Part shown: piece by piece, positions 43,271 through 57,699 of the stretch | How the letters are laid out: each line of letters begins with the position of its first letter | How positions within the stretch are numbered: the first letter of the stretch is position 1 | Origin: Eledone cirrhosa | Lineage: Eukaryota | Assembly (NCBI GenBank): GCA_964016885.1 | Contig: OZ024745.1 | Span: 124,992,001-125,056,000 of the forward strand | Direction: 5' to 3' | DNA length: 64,000 nucleotides | Translations under genes and position numbers: made by a program | Notes under the pieces: model-generated | Databases searched by the model: none | Seen by the model: the letters and a program-made list of their open reading frames with translations, nothing else | Told to the model about the DNA's origin: nothing

Positions 43271-44262
43271 TAAATGGAAACTATATTTATAAAACCATAT
43301 TTATTTCATTATATATATTTCAGGGATATCATATTAACAATACGCTATGCCTTCCTCAGACAAAATACAATATAAACAGTTTTATAGATAAATAGATTCG
43401 ACATACCGTAACAACATCGACTTGTATTTGAAAAGGTTGATTTGGCAGTGAAAAAATTGTACACAGAGAGAAAGAAAGAGAGAATAAAAAAAAGAAAGAA
43501 AGACAGAAAACGAAGAAAAAGAAGAAAAAGAAGAAATGCATGGAATAAAATAGAGAGATGGAAAGATAGATAAAGAGAAGAACTTCATGTAAAGAAACAG
43601 AAAGAGAGATATATATATAGAGAGAGAGGAAATAGAGATAGATACATATATATAGAAAATTAGGTATGGGACGTCTGTTGAGTAAACGTTTCAATGATAC
43701 ATTTATTTATTTATTTATTTATTTAGCTCTAGTATTAATGTAAGGGAGATATATAGAGAGAGAAAAAATATATATCTCCCTTACATTAATACTAGAGCTA
43801 AATAAATAAATAAATAAATAAATGTATCATTGATACGTTTACTCAACAGACGTCCCACTACCTAATTTTCTATATATATGTATCTATCTCTATTTCCTCT
43901 CTCTCTCTCTATATATATATCTCTTTCTGTTTCTTTACATGAAGTTCTTCTCTTTATCTATCTTTCCATCTCTCTATTTTATTCCATGCATTTCTTCTTT
44001 TTCTTCTTTTTCTTCGTTTTCTGTCTTTCTTTCTTTTTTTTTCTCTCTTTCTTTCTCTCTGTGTACAATTTTTTCACTGCCAAATCAACCTTTTCAAATA
44101 CAAGTCGATGTTGTTACGGTATGTCGAATCTATTTATCTATAAAACTGTTTATATTGTATTTTGTCTGAGGAAGGCATAGCGTATTGTTAATATGATATC
44201 CCTGAAATATATATAATGAAAGAAATATGGTTTTATAAATATAGTTTCCATTTATTTAATAT
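43263..44262. repeat. ~1 kb inverted repeat with family-A hammerheads near both outer ends (43303-43366 -, 44159-44221 +)
   Basis: Arms nearly identical, ~13-nt spacer at ~43756-43768; right arm reads attttgt-CTGAGGA-aggcat..atccct-GAAA-tatata-TA-atgaaa. Confidence 0.9.
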
Positions 44263-44350
44263 TGTAAATATACTCCAAATATTTGTCGAGTGCTTTTATA
44301 TCAGTTATAAATATTTACTAGTTGTAACCCAACAATTTAAATATAACTTT

Positions 44351-44429
<79 letters not shown>

Positions 44430-44492
44430 ATATATATTTATCTATATATATAGAGAGAGATATGTCTATATATGTATTTCTCTCTCTCATTC

Positions 44493-44629
<137 letters not shown>

Positions 44630-44634
44630 GATTA

Positions 44635-45030
44635 TGCTTTGGTAGGGTCATGATGCTAGTAAAATACACGCACCTGTTGGATTTCACTTCAATTTATTAT
44701 AGGTTTCCGGTTTGGTGCTTTGATAACCGGAATGTTGCTTATATATTGTCAAAGTTCTTTCGTCACACATTATGTGACCCTCTCAGTGACTGGAATTTTA
44801 TTTTGTGTCCTTCCTTTGTCCTAACCTACACCATCTTCTTTTTTGTGTTGTGTGTTGTGTGCTTAGTTTGCACATGCTTTACATTCGGGTGTGTGAGTTT
44901 TTATATATTTATTCATTTATGTGTTTATTTACATGTCACTATTTGGTTGTTTGTTCTATCGGTGTATGTCTGATTTGCTTTGTTAGTTTTGTTTTTGTTT
45001 ATGTCTGTATGTCTTCATTTTCTCCTTAAT
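44635..45030 (-). mobile_element. pLTR-like module (family G) with variant hammerhead 44748-44790
   Basis: gtca-CTGAGAG-g-gtcacat/gtgtgac-GAAAG-aa-CTT-tgac; homologous to 23040-23437. Confidence 0.65.
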
Positions 45031-45810
45031 TACTTGTTGTGATTTTGCTATTCCACTGATGACTTCTGTTAAACTTTTGTTGGAGTACGTTTATGTTTGT
45101 CGCCTCTGTGATTTGGCTGATCATTGTATCTTTTATGTGTGTGGATATAAGTTTTGTCTCTATGTTCTCTAATGTGCCCCTGTATTCTATTTTGGCATGT
45201 TGGTGGAGTACTGATTAGTTTTCCCATCCTGGAGTCCCTGCTCTTTAGCATTACGATTGTGATGTTCCAGGTTCCAATTGTCAATGTTTGCTCTCTTCCT
45301 AACCCTCTTCGCTGTCTGGCCATACGTAATTTTTGTACGGTCATCCAATTTCTCTCAGGACATGACGCAGGCCCATCACCACGCGAAACAAAATGCGGTA
45401 TGATTATTTTTCGTACCTCTCACCTTATTGCTGTTTTAAGTCAGCTCTAAAACAAATTCAAATTCACAAATATTTTTCATATGCATTGGATAAGATTGGT
45501 GGTCGAAATAGCTGACTTGATTCCGATAGACCGAGAATAATAGAACATGTTTACCAACAATACGGATTTGATAAATGAGAGAAAAACATTTCAAATAAAT
45601 TGGAGTTGAGAGTCACAAAACAGAAGATGTTTCAGAAATAAAAGGTAGGGCTTGATCAAGTAATGGGGTTAACGATGGGTAATTTAATTACTATCTACAC
45701 AAACACGTAGATAAACTCACAAACATACAAGTACACACTATTCACATACAGCATATAAAAGGATCAATGGAAGATCACCTGTGGCTTGGTGTATGCGTTT
45801 GTACACACCT

Positions 45811-45943
<133 letters not shown>

Positions 45944-45957
45944 ATGTATGTATAAAT

Positions 45958-46433
45958 AAATAGTAGAAAGGAAAAAGATTTTTTCAGTAGAAAATGTTGA
46001 AGATATTTTTTCAGTGAAATATCAAAACATTAATTTATTTACAATACCGGTTTCACCATTATATGCATTGTCAATGGCGGATATGCAGAATATTGTTAAG
46101 TTGCATATATTTGTACAAATTATGATAATAATAATAAAAATAGAAAGCGGAAGAAAAATTAATTTCCACATACATGTTCATTCAGAAAAGATAGTAAATT
46201 TCTCCGAATGAACATGTATGTGGAAATTAATTTTTCCTCCCTTTTTCTGATGTTATTATTATTATTATCACTATTTGTACAAATATGCAACTTAACAATA
46301 TTCTGCATATCCGCAATTGAGAATGCATATAATGCTGAAACCGGTATTGTAAATAAATTAATGTTTTGATATTTCAGCGAAAAAATATCTTCAACATTTC
46401 CTACTGAAAACGTCTTTTACCTTTCTACTATTT
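45958..46433. repeat. 476-bp diverged inverted repeat with a hammerhead per arm (46041-46078 -, 46313-46350 +; family H)
   Basis: Right arm gcaa-TTGAGAA-t-gcat-ata-atgc-t-GAAAC-cg-GTA-ttgt; third partial end copy at 46741-46779. Confidence 0.85.
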
Positions 46434-46690
46434 GTTTTTATCAACTCGTGTGTTACCTTTCTACATTCGATATATTGATGAGTTGATCAGAGGTAAAATA
46501 ATGTAATGGAGATCGAGTGACGCAACTTCAAGTTATTAGCAAGCTCTAAACGCACCTGATCAATGAAACAATTGTCAATACCTGAAATAAAGCGCATTGT
46601 TGTACAGCTAACCATGTTACTCTTCATTCTTTCACTATATATATATATATATATATATATACAGAGAGAGAGAGAGAGAGATATATATAT

Positions 46691-46737
<47 letters not shown>

Positions 46738-46863
46738 TAAACAAATAGTAGAAAGGAAAAAGATTTTTTCAGTAGAAAAAATAATATACGTATATCAGAT
46801 ATATATATCCACATATACGTATACATGTGGATATATATATATATATATGCTTTTAGACACACA

Positions 46864-46960
<97 letters not shown>

Positions 46961-49103
46961 TGTGTGTGTGTGTGGCATTAAAGCACACATTTACACAACA
47001 CATATATCCTTAAAGTTCTGTCAGTGGAAACATGCACTGTGTTCGTGTATTAATAACAAAAGTTGATAAAACACATGTAGTCCTAAAGGTAGATATGACT
47101 CGTTGATACTAAATTTGAAGGAAAAAAGGTTAAAGAGATAAAAACATCAGAAGCAGGAAATTAAACTTATATAAAATAATTAATAGGTTAAATTGAACGA
47201 AAATATCTTACAAATCTCTTAATATGAATGTTCACAAATAAATATTTCAAATGCCAAAGAAAATTTCATTTGACAATTTCACTTATTGACATGGGAATGC
47301 GTGATTAAAGATAATAGAAAAACATAAATGGAGTCATTTAGAATGCTATACATTGTAGATATTTAGTTATTGATTTAATTGTTTATGTAATCTATACATA
47401 CTATTAATTTGAGTTAGTTTTGTGTAGATTCAATCATATTTCTTAAGGCATTGCCTCCTTTTAGTACTTCTTGCTGTTGAGATGAAGAGGTGTACAGGTA
47501 TATAATATAAATGTGAGTAATTAAATAGATCAGGTTAAAATATGTAGACCCAATCGAACACAACGGAAAATAATATAGAAATTACAATTGTATTGAAATA
47601 TGTTTCCAATGAGAAAATATATTTCATTGTAGATCTCAGCTTTTATATGTCACCTTTATTTTTTTAACTTCAAAAATAATTAAATTATATGGTGAGGTGA
47701 TATGTCAATATTTAATTTCACGTTTACGTGTCATGAATTCGAGTGTATTGCAGACATCACATTATCTTTTAAACACAAATGTATAAAATCTTTTATAATA
47801 GATGGATGATCTGTAAATATCTTTCTGATAAATGTTTGAGAAAGTAAAACGGGAATATATTGTAAATGCGTTGTTGTTTTTTTTTATTTGATTGTTTAAA
47901 GAGGTTTCATGTACGTCAATGCTTGTGTGTCACATATATTTAAACATGCACTAGTATTGTTCGATGCTAGGCTAAACTTCTTCAATGGTAAGTTCTATAA
48001 GAGAGAAGGAGAAACAAACCCGACTATTCAAGAGCAACGGGACTGGTTGTTTGAAAGTTATTTCGTGTCAGTTATATTTAAACTGGATACCTGGACTGAA
48101 TGCATTCTTACGAAAGGAGTGAGTTGAACCGGATGACGAATTACGTTTCCCTCCCATTTACGTATAGCACACAAAAGAATAAAGAGACCTATTGGATCCT
48201 GTGTCATGGAAAATTATTAGGAAAATATCTTATAATTAAGCAATTAAACCGAATCATTTATATGAATATTTGTTGATGAAATTTGATTGTTTAATTAAGA
48301 AGCCTGAAACACTACGTAAACACTTTAATCTCGATTATGTTTTTAGGTGTTCAAATGTCTTTCATTTTATCCTAGGGTCTACAGTAAGAGGGAGTTTCCC
48401 CACGAATTGTCTTTCTTTCTTAGACATCGTAAAGTTAGCAAAGCTTGTTCGAACCGTATTCAACTAATACAGCATTTTCATCAAGACAATTGTCTATCAA
48501 GTTTCTACTTCAACAAATGTGCCTGTCAACAAGTGGAAGTAATAAAATTGATAGACTCCAATATTTGGAAATCTGTTTTAAGTTGATCTTTATTTTTGTG
48601 CTCTTGTTGAACGACTTCTATAGATAAAATACTTCCTACGTGGCTTCTATATCACTAACAAGATAGTTCCTCTCGGTCTCTAATTGCAAAACATTCATTT
48701 TTGAAAAGACGTCCTACATTAAAACAATATTATAGGAGTTTATCATTCATCTCAAAAAGCCTGAGACATTATAGAGGAAGATTCAGTGTGAAAAAATGTG
48801 GAGTGCGTCTTTTGAAAATCAAGCGCTCCTATCTAGATATAATCGGCCGGAATGCAATATGTGAAGTGCAAGGCTGTAGAATGTTAATTGAAGACAATCA
48901 GCTGAGGTGTGGATATTTTAGGTATGATTCCACTGTGGTCATCAGGTAAGGGCATATGCTACAGCAATTGCTGATTTACTGTAGGACGTCTTTTCAGAAC
49001 TATGACTAAATTCATTCCAGTTTCGACTACCGTAACTTTTAAGATAACAGGCAACTGTTCCAGACTGATTACCTAATAATTCGACTATTTCTAGAAATGT
49101 AAC

Positions 49104-49206
<103 letters not shown>

Positions 49207-49273
49207 AAGGTTTAGCAAATAATGAAAAAGTTTCAAAATAAATTTTAAAAAATTGACTTTACCTACTATAGTT

Positions 49274-49356
49274 ACCTTTACCGATCGGTTTCGAATCCCA
49301 AAAATAAACGGAGACCATACGGCCTTCGTTGCAAAGAAAGATTCTCGTCAGAAGGT
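49274..49356 (-). ncRNA. Type I hammerhead ribozyme motif with canonical core
   Basis: acctt-CTGACGA-gaatc..gattc-GAAAC-cgatcg-GTA-aaggt; stems I and II perfect, palindromic stem III. Confidence 0.85.
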
Positions 49357-49685
49357 TCTTTTCATTCGAAGAATATAAAATTCCTGAATTTAAATTACGA
49401 ACTAGCGCTATCAAAACTGTTCCTGGGATGAGAGTGGATGATGTAGAAACAGGTTTATCAAGGGCCGAAGTAAAGATAGAGGCAGAAGGAGGTAGGTCAA
49501 ACCAGCCGCAGCTATCACTAGCAGCAGTCGGAGCGACCCAATTTGTCTCAACAGTAGAGGAGCGTAGTAATAATAGGATATGCGTTCCTTCACAAACAAG
49601 GCGCTAAGGGACGCATGTATTGTCCAACCAAATGTCAGTGAGGTTCAATGGCAGGTTAATAAATTATATCCTATAAATTATATCC

Positions 49686-49721
<36 letters not shown>

Positions 49722-49806
49722 TTATTTTCCACTTCATGTTTTATCTTGATCTCCTTTTTTCCGCTAACTCCCCCCTCACTCCTTCTCGAATTTCCTCCCA
49801 CCGCCA

Positions 49807-49845
49807 CTCTCCTGATGAAGGGCTTATGCCCGAAACGTCGCACCC
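49807..49845 (+). ncRNA. Minimal hammerhead core (family I), stem I poor
   Basis: CTGATGA-a-gggc-ttat-gccc-GAAAC-GTC; truncated sibling atgcccgaaacgtcg at ~40628. Confidence 0.6.
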
Positions 49846-49919
49846 ACAAACCCAACTCTCACTAAGCATAGACTTTTGTAACATGTACTCCTACTTTGTC
49901 GTTTGTTGTTTTTGGTATT

Positions 49920-49966
<47 letters not shown>

Positions 49967-51126
49967 GACAATACTTACTCATATATGCAGTTAGTGAAGA
50001 GTTGATATTATATAACAATATACAAAAGACGCTGTGAAATATTGGCATATCTCAGTTTATATATTGTATCATTTTGTTTGTCTCTTTGGTGCTTAAATTA
50101 AACGTTACATCAATATATGTAACGTTATATATATGCATGTGCATACGAATGATCTCTCTCTAAGCGTGTTTTTTGTGAATATGTATTTATGTTTATCTAT
50201 GAACCTGTGCATATTTGTGTATGTCTTTTCGTGCGTGTGTAGGCGTCTATCTATCTGTGTGTGAGTGTGTGTGTGTTTGTAGTTGTGTGTGTGAGTGTGT
50301 GTATTTGTGGCTGTATTTCTCTGAGTGTGTATGTGTGTGTTTGAGTAAGTCTATGTCTATAAAATAAAACCCGAGCTTGACAGATCAGTAAAAACTTATT
50401 GATTTATAATAAGTAAATAATATGATATAATGCATGATAGCACAAACAGTTTGATAAATATAACTTATCTCTAGGAATCGATACCAGTTTAAGCATTTCT
50501 GAGATAGGAGATTCTTATCTACGCAGGAAAACCAATCATAATACATAATGTAAAACTAATGTAAATCTAGAAACCACAAAAATAAATATATATATTATTA
50601 ATGGACATTTGTCAAAAACTGTTTGACAATATTTTTTGGTGGGGAGCTGTGTTCAAATAAGAAAATATCTAATATAAGTAAATGCATATTCCTGATTATT
50701 AATATTAAAAATATTTTTGTTCCGATCTGAGAGTTATACAATTCACGTGTATTTACCGATGACAAATCTAATATTCAGAACAACGTTCAGAACATTTAGA
50801 GTGAGCCATACAAAATATGACAACGTTCTCATCTCAATCACCATTAATATCATATCCTCCCCATCCTCCTTCTCCCCCTCCTCCTCGTGGTCATGATGTT
50901 GATCATCATTATTACATAGCAATTTGTCTTTCTATATATTACTAAAAGTCTGTGATTGCTTGCTTATTTGTCTGTAACGTATTTGTCCAAAAGGGCGCAT
51001 AATGGGAAAATACTTTGCAGGTTAAGTTGACCCTGAAATAAAAATACAAATGGAATAAACCAAGTTTCGCGTAAATCAGAGCATGGGTTCCCGAGATATG
51101 GAGCTTTTCTGGGTAGCTTCATAAAC

Positions 51127-51171
<45 letters not shown>

Positions 51172-51578
51172 TTGTGAGGGAGTAAATTGAAAGAGAGACA
51201 TAGAGAGAGGGAGAGGAGACAGAGAGGGAGAGGAGACAGAGAAGGAGAATGGAAAAGAGAGAGAGAGAGGGAGCTGGGGTTGTTGTTATGTCTATATATA
51301 TATATATATGTGTGTGTGGGTGAGTGTGTGTGTGCATATATATATGTGTGTGTGTGTCCAGTGACACACACACATGTGTATAGAGGTCACAGACACCCAC
51401 ACATATATATACACACACACATATATATTTATGTATATATACACACACACATTTATATATATATATATATATATATAATTCTTCGGCTCTGTTTTATTAC
51501 ATTGAGCTATATCTTATACTGTCATTTCTATAATATGAAGAGGGTGTTTAACTCCAACACACTCTAGTATTTTAATTC

Positions 51579-51620
<42 letters not shown>

Positions 51621-51739
51621 CATGCACACACGTATATATATGGGCCTTCCAGTTTCATTTCACATTATATACATGTCTGTGTATATTTTAATTATTTAAA
51701 CATTATTCTTAAGTGAACATGATTTTAAAAAAGAAATAT

Positions 51740-52560
51740 TTTGAAATGACCGGGTCTCGGGTGGTCTAATAATGACATGAAACGGAAATTTCATGGCTGT
51801 ATTTAGAAGACTCTATATAAAATCGTATAACAAAAAGATTATCTTTACTACATAGAGAGATAGAGGTCTAAAGTAAGTGCAAAATAGTATATAATATCAT
51901 CGTAAGTCTCTAAATGTATTTAGAAAAGGAGAAATGATGACGATACAAATATCTCTTAGTGCAAGATGAAAAGGAAACAGTTTTCTGTCTTCAATGTATT
52001 TAATGCTCAACAGATGGGAATTGGACATATAGTAGTTAGAAGAATCCGAAGAAGAGTTGTCAAAAATCTAAAGCTATTTATACGTGTTAGACCACATTCA
52101 CTAAGACTAAATCATTGTTTAATTCATCTATACGGTCCTTATCTATGAATACAGAACGGTGAAATAATTCACAAATGGACAAACATCACAACAATTATTC
52201 GTACATCACAATACTCGTTCGTAAGCATAGATATGAAAGTTGAATGAGAACCGATTTTAAATGAAGTCTATTATAAAAGATCATTCAACATTGACACGAA
52301 AAGTACGTAATAAATCAGGAAGCATTAAAGGACTATGATGTAATAAATTTCCCCTATATCATTATCCATCTAAACTTAGTTGTCCTCCACAGCATGAATG
52401 GAAGTTTTCGTTTTATTAATGTTAGTAACTTTATTGCACAGGAAGAATCATTTATGTAGGATAGAAAGAAACAGTTAACAACCTTGTCTCTGATTGTTCC
52501 GTCTTAGCAGTGGGGAGAGAATTCATCTGTAGATATTACATACATGACCGTGTTTGAACT
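51740..52560 (+). mobile_element. Highly decayed R4-like LINE remnant
   Basis: Traces of NGNFH..RL..RGLK and zinc-knuckle region ETVNNLVSDCSVLA. Confidence 0.5.
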
Positions 52561-54493
52561 TTCGTAGGCTGGACATTAAGTCATCCTTATCTGATAGCAA
52601 CAGAATCAAATAATGACGAAGCAATTCTAATATGAAATATGGCAATACACACAAATAGGGAGATCAATGATAGTCAATCCTATATTGTATTCGAGCATCA
52701 CGAGGAGAGCACGTGCTTCGTATTCAAAGATGTAGAACAAAATGATTCTAATATACCGGCTAAAGAAATACAGAAACAGAACGATCCCTACATAGAGATG
52801 AACGAATGAAGAGACTGGAAAAGGGATCATTCTCTATATTAAGAAAGGTGATATTCCAAAAAGGGTTATGACTTCTCTATTGGAAAAGTCGGTGCATAGC
52901 TCCCAATTTGAAAATCTATGTCCTTTGTCGAATCTTACTCAATGTGTCATAATGTATCCTGCTTATTACTCCAAAGACTACGCAGGAAACACTTCATTCA
53001 AATCTCTTTCTTAGAAATATACCTCCAGATTTCTCTGTATGATCATGCTTTTTCCCTAAGTACGATGACAGGGCTATTGATTTCTTTATGAGATTACATA
53101 TCTTTATGTATGATGATATATGATGAGATGCATTCGGTCCATGGCCACATCAATTCATTTAGCAAATGGAGTCAATATCCAACAAACAGCCGGATCCCTG
53201 TTGGTCAGGTGTCCTGCCTTTGGAAATTCAAGAACAAGAATTTCGAGACTGACATAAACAGCATGTAGGTTATGAAACAATACAGTGCCAATAGTTATTG
53301 CAGCACTAGATATGATTTAAGAAAAGGAATAGACAAAAGCATTCAAATCCTGCCAGCACTAAAAACGTTACCCACGTATCCTTACAGATACGTGCCAAAT
53401 CCCATGGAATCCTTCCCTACTTAGACAGCCAAACATAAACAACTAACCTATTGCTCACCATACATACCCTATACTATAACTAACTAATGATATAACACAA
53501 GGAACATAACACATATTATACACGATTATAAACCAATGCAATACATTAGAGCAGCAATGAGTTACAAATGTCATGTTGCAAACACTTAAAACTAATTAAT
53601 ACATCACAAAATCACATCCCACATGTATAACATTGAAGCGCATAGTAGCGATCACACAATTATGAGAAATAATCTTAACCTAACAACATAACCTGAATTA
53701 TATAAATCCTTTACTAATGTAGGGCCAGAAACCACAAACCTGGCCAACAATCATGGTATATTATACATTATACAAGCAACTATATTTCATCGAAAGACAA
53801 TCGAAAATACATTTTGAGAACACAGAGGTGTACGTACTGGTACGGTTAAAATTTCATCAGAGGACAGGAAATGACAGAGAGAAGATAATTGAAGGAGAGT
53901 AAAAATGATGATTGATTATATGTTTGCATTTTTCTAAATTTTAATGGCCAGAAAAGCAAGAATCCGGAAGAGAATTCCGCAGGCGAGTTATATGACGGAA
54001 AGAAGTAACAAAATAGAATTTACGATTAAACTTAGGAACTTCAGCTGAAATCGATGAGGCCTAGCTACAAATCTAGTACTACGCTTAAACACATGAAATT
54101 GATGCAAAAGCCTAGAAAGTTCATCAGAGAATATTTATAGGAAATGCATACAGAGGCAAAATTTCGACTGACTGGTGGTGTTTGTAGACAACATTTTAAC
54201 TCAGGAACAATAGAGTTGACGTAGTCCTTTGGAGTGTATATAGATTCTCACAGTTCAGTAGCATCAGACCAGATGTGGTAATATTAATGAATACAATGAC
54301 GAATTATTTGTATAAAGATTTAACAATCTTTAAGCAAATGCATTAAATATATAACAGAAATAATTATTACATATTTATTTACTACATGTATTATTGGGTT
54401 GGGTAAACATTAGAAGGGAAGACTGCTCAAACGCCGAGGTTTTACGCTGGACACAAAAAAAATATATGAAATGTAGGAAATCGCCTAGAACTA

Positions 54494-55093
54494 ATAATTG
54501 TTTCTACTTTTCGCACAAATAAGCACAAGGCCAGACCTTTTGGGGGAGGGGAAAGTCGTTAATGGTACTTTATTGTATCGACCTCGTAAGGATGAAAGGC
54601 AAAGTTAACCTCGGCGGGATTTGAACTCGGACCATAAAGGGCCGAAACTCTATGCGTCAAAGCATGGCGTCCGACCCTCTACCGGTACTGCCAATCCACC
54701 GCCCTTTCGCCTAGAACTAATAATTGTTTCTACTTTTGGCACAAGGCCAGCAATTACCCAGTACATTACTGGTAATTTAGTTTATCGACTACGTAAGGAT
54801 GAAAAACAAAGTAAACCTCGGCGGGATTTTAACTCAGAGTGGCAAGGGCCGTAACTCTATGCGTCAAAGCATGGTGTCCGACCCTTTACCGGTACTGCCA
54901 ATCCACCGCCAAGAATTAATATTTGTTTCTACTATTGGCACCAGGCCAGAAATTACCCAGTACATTACTGGTACTTTATTTTATCGACCACGTATAGATG
55001 ACAGGCAAAGTTAACTTCGGCGGGATTTGAACTCAGATTGTAAAGGGACGTAACTATGCTGGAAAGCATGTCCGACCCTCTATCGATACTGCC
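54494..55093 (-). mobile_element. Three head-to-tail SINE copies
   Basis: Family consensus x3; first copy flanked by direct repeat tcgcctagaacta (54481-54493, 54707-54719). Confidence 0.9.
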
Positions 55094-57553
55094 AATAATG
55101 GCAACTGATTACCGCATATCTTTTCTGGCTACCAAGTACAAATCCGTTTCCAGCAACAGTTCACAAGCCTTTAGGCATGAAATTCTTAAACCTATTCACC
55201 CAGTCTATACTTAATAGCATTATTCTTTTCAACAAGATATATGACTGGATATTTCTTGTGCATGTTTTACATGTTTCTGTTTTGTAATGTTATCAGTTAC
55301 AGACATACAACGACAGACGGTCTGTTATAACTGGGACATAAAATACAGTCATTAGTGAATTTTTTTAGCGCATCACTATGCAAAATTGTAAAATTAATAT
55401 GTCAATATGCTAGTCTAGCCAGCGTATTCGACCCGTCATTACAGTTGTTATGTCAGATAGATAAATACTGTTCGAAAGATGAAAAGGAATGTTATTAAAT
55501 ATATTTACTGCATTTCTTTGTAATTTGCCAATATGTGATGTGTATGTTGTTATTATATGAGAATGTCACAAAGCGAACATCCTTATGAGCAATAAAAGTT
55601 TTTAATACTAAATTGCTTTCTTTTACATCAACCTTGAATTAAGCAAAAACAAACTGCGATAATACCATCAATGGCAATGAAGAACTACCCAGAAATTTCA
55701 ATAATCAATTTCATTATAGAATACGTGATTTCTCATACTGTAGACTCTAAATGTAGACATTTTTATGGTGAGGCGTGCATAAATGCATTTAATTATCAGA
55801 ACTGAAAAACTGTCTCGCAAGTTCTTTAAAATAATAAAAAATAAAAATAATTAATTGAAGAGATAACATAAATATGAGATGAATTAATCAGATTGGTTGC
55901 TTCACGTGTAAAAGAAGCATCAAAAGAAGCTAATGCACATAGAATATGTTAGAATAGAATATTATATTTAGAGCAGACAGAAAAATATATTGAATATGTT
56001 GCTATATTCACAGAAGCTTCATTGTACTACTATTTTTGAAATCCCCCTAGTGACTTTGATGCCCAACCTGAACATTTATAGGCATACGTGGTGATAAATA
56101 TGAGCAAATGGACTTACAAATTTGTATTTCAATCACAACTAAAGTTATATTTTGTTAATTTTAATTATTCATCTTTTAGGAATGTATACAATATGCACCA
56201 GTATTATATCAAAATAATCATGTATGGGCCCTGTTGCATAATGTTTTAAATAAGCAATCAGTCTTGAACACTGAGTACCCAGAAGCAACCTTCACACTGA
56301 CCAAAAGAGGAAGAAAAAAACCTTCATCTTGCCTGGCACATACAGAATGAAATCTTTCAATGAAAATCCTAAACTTTGAACCAGGGTGAAATTTATGTGA
56401 CACCTTGATTATTCGACTACATTACTTGATGTCTCTGTTCTAATAGAACGAAACCTGATCGTACATCAATGTTTTTACAAAGGATCTCTAAATTGAGTGT
56501 GAAAAATGTTGTAACATTTGTGTCAGTCGACTATTTGCTGTGCAGCAATTACTGGAGATAACGATCTTGCTAGGGATATTTCAAGTGTAAGGCAAGCTAT
56601 TGAGTGAAGTGGTGTTTCATAAATAGGAAATATTTCGTCGGTGAGATGAAGATGGAACAAGGGTGTATTCTCCTCGTATTTGTTTAGAATAAATGTGTAG
56701 CATCAATCCCCTTGTCTACATACTTGTGTATATATATGTATATAATAGGCTACTAATGGAGACTGATCGATTCGTGGCACTGTTAGTTTCCAAGGAAACT
56801 CTCACACCCAGTGATATATCAACGACGATGCGAATAAAGGCCGCCTCTATATAAACAGCCTCTAAAAAGGCCAAGTGTTCCCTGATCTGAGAAAAGTACC
56901 AAACTCGTGAATGATGCGAATGAGTTCACCAATATAGAGGAATGATGTCGGAGACAGTAAAGCTATCCATACAGCATCATCCTTTTCGCAGGATAACACG
57001 GGACACGTTCAGCCCTAAGGTAGGATAGAAAAATGTATAGGCAAGGAGCCTGAATCAGTGGGGTATGACAGATGCTACCGGTTAGATATAGATGGGGTTT
57101 TCTCATGGATCTGGTGCTGTCGAATTGCATGGAAGTTGAAAACTCCACCATTCAGGTGGGGTACCAGGTCGTACATACGGCAGTAAGCTTGCAAAATGTT
57201 TATTCGTATATCACTAGATATACAAAATAATCAGACATATGTGATAATGTGGTACTCCTTTGTGGTGGACTAAAACGACAGACTAGATGGTGAGACATTT
57301 TATCACACCACTACGCATGTGTTGCTTTTTCACAAGGAAAAGTATATGTTGCGGCTTGGTGAGAAATTCCTGTGATGAAAAGTCTTCTAATATTAATTGT
57401 CTCCGTTATGTACAGGTAAGTCTGCATGAAATACAACATAAAAGACATGCATATATATATGGTTTGGTGAGCAAGCGCAGATATGCATATGTGCTGCAGA
57501 TACACATATGTGTGTATTTTATCCGTATAGATTTAGTTACAGGTCAGTGATTA

Positions 57554-57600
<47 letters not shown>

Positions 57601-57699
57601 AGAGAGAGAGAGAGAGAGAGAGGGGGAGAGGGAGAGCGGGGTATAGAGGTAGTGATAGTAGTGTAGTAAATTCAGTGGCATGTAGTAGATGACCAGATA

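Noticed and set aside
45069-45344. ORF containing LTIGTWN (APE-endonuclease-like start)
   Set aside because: Only a 7-residue match with no downstream APE motifs
56180-56350. Possible plus-strand exon after ttttag (ECIQYAPVLY..HTE*)
   Set aside because: No recognisable protein motif or partner exons; this length of open frame is expected by chance
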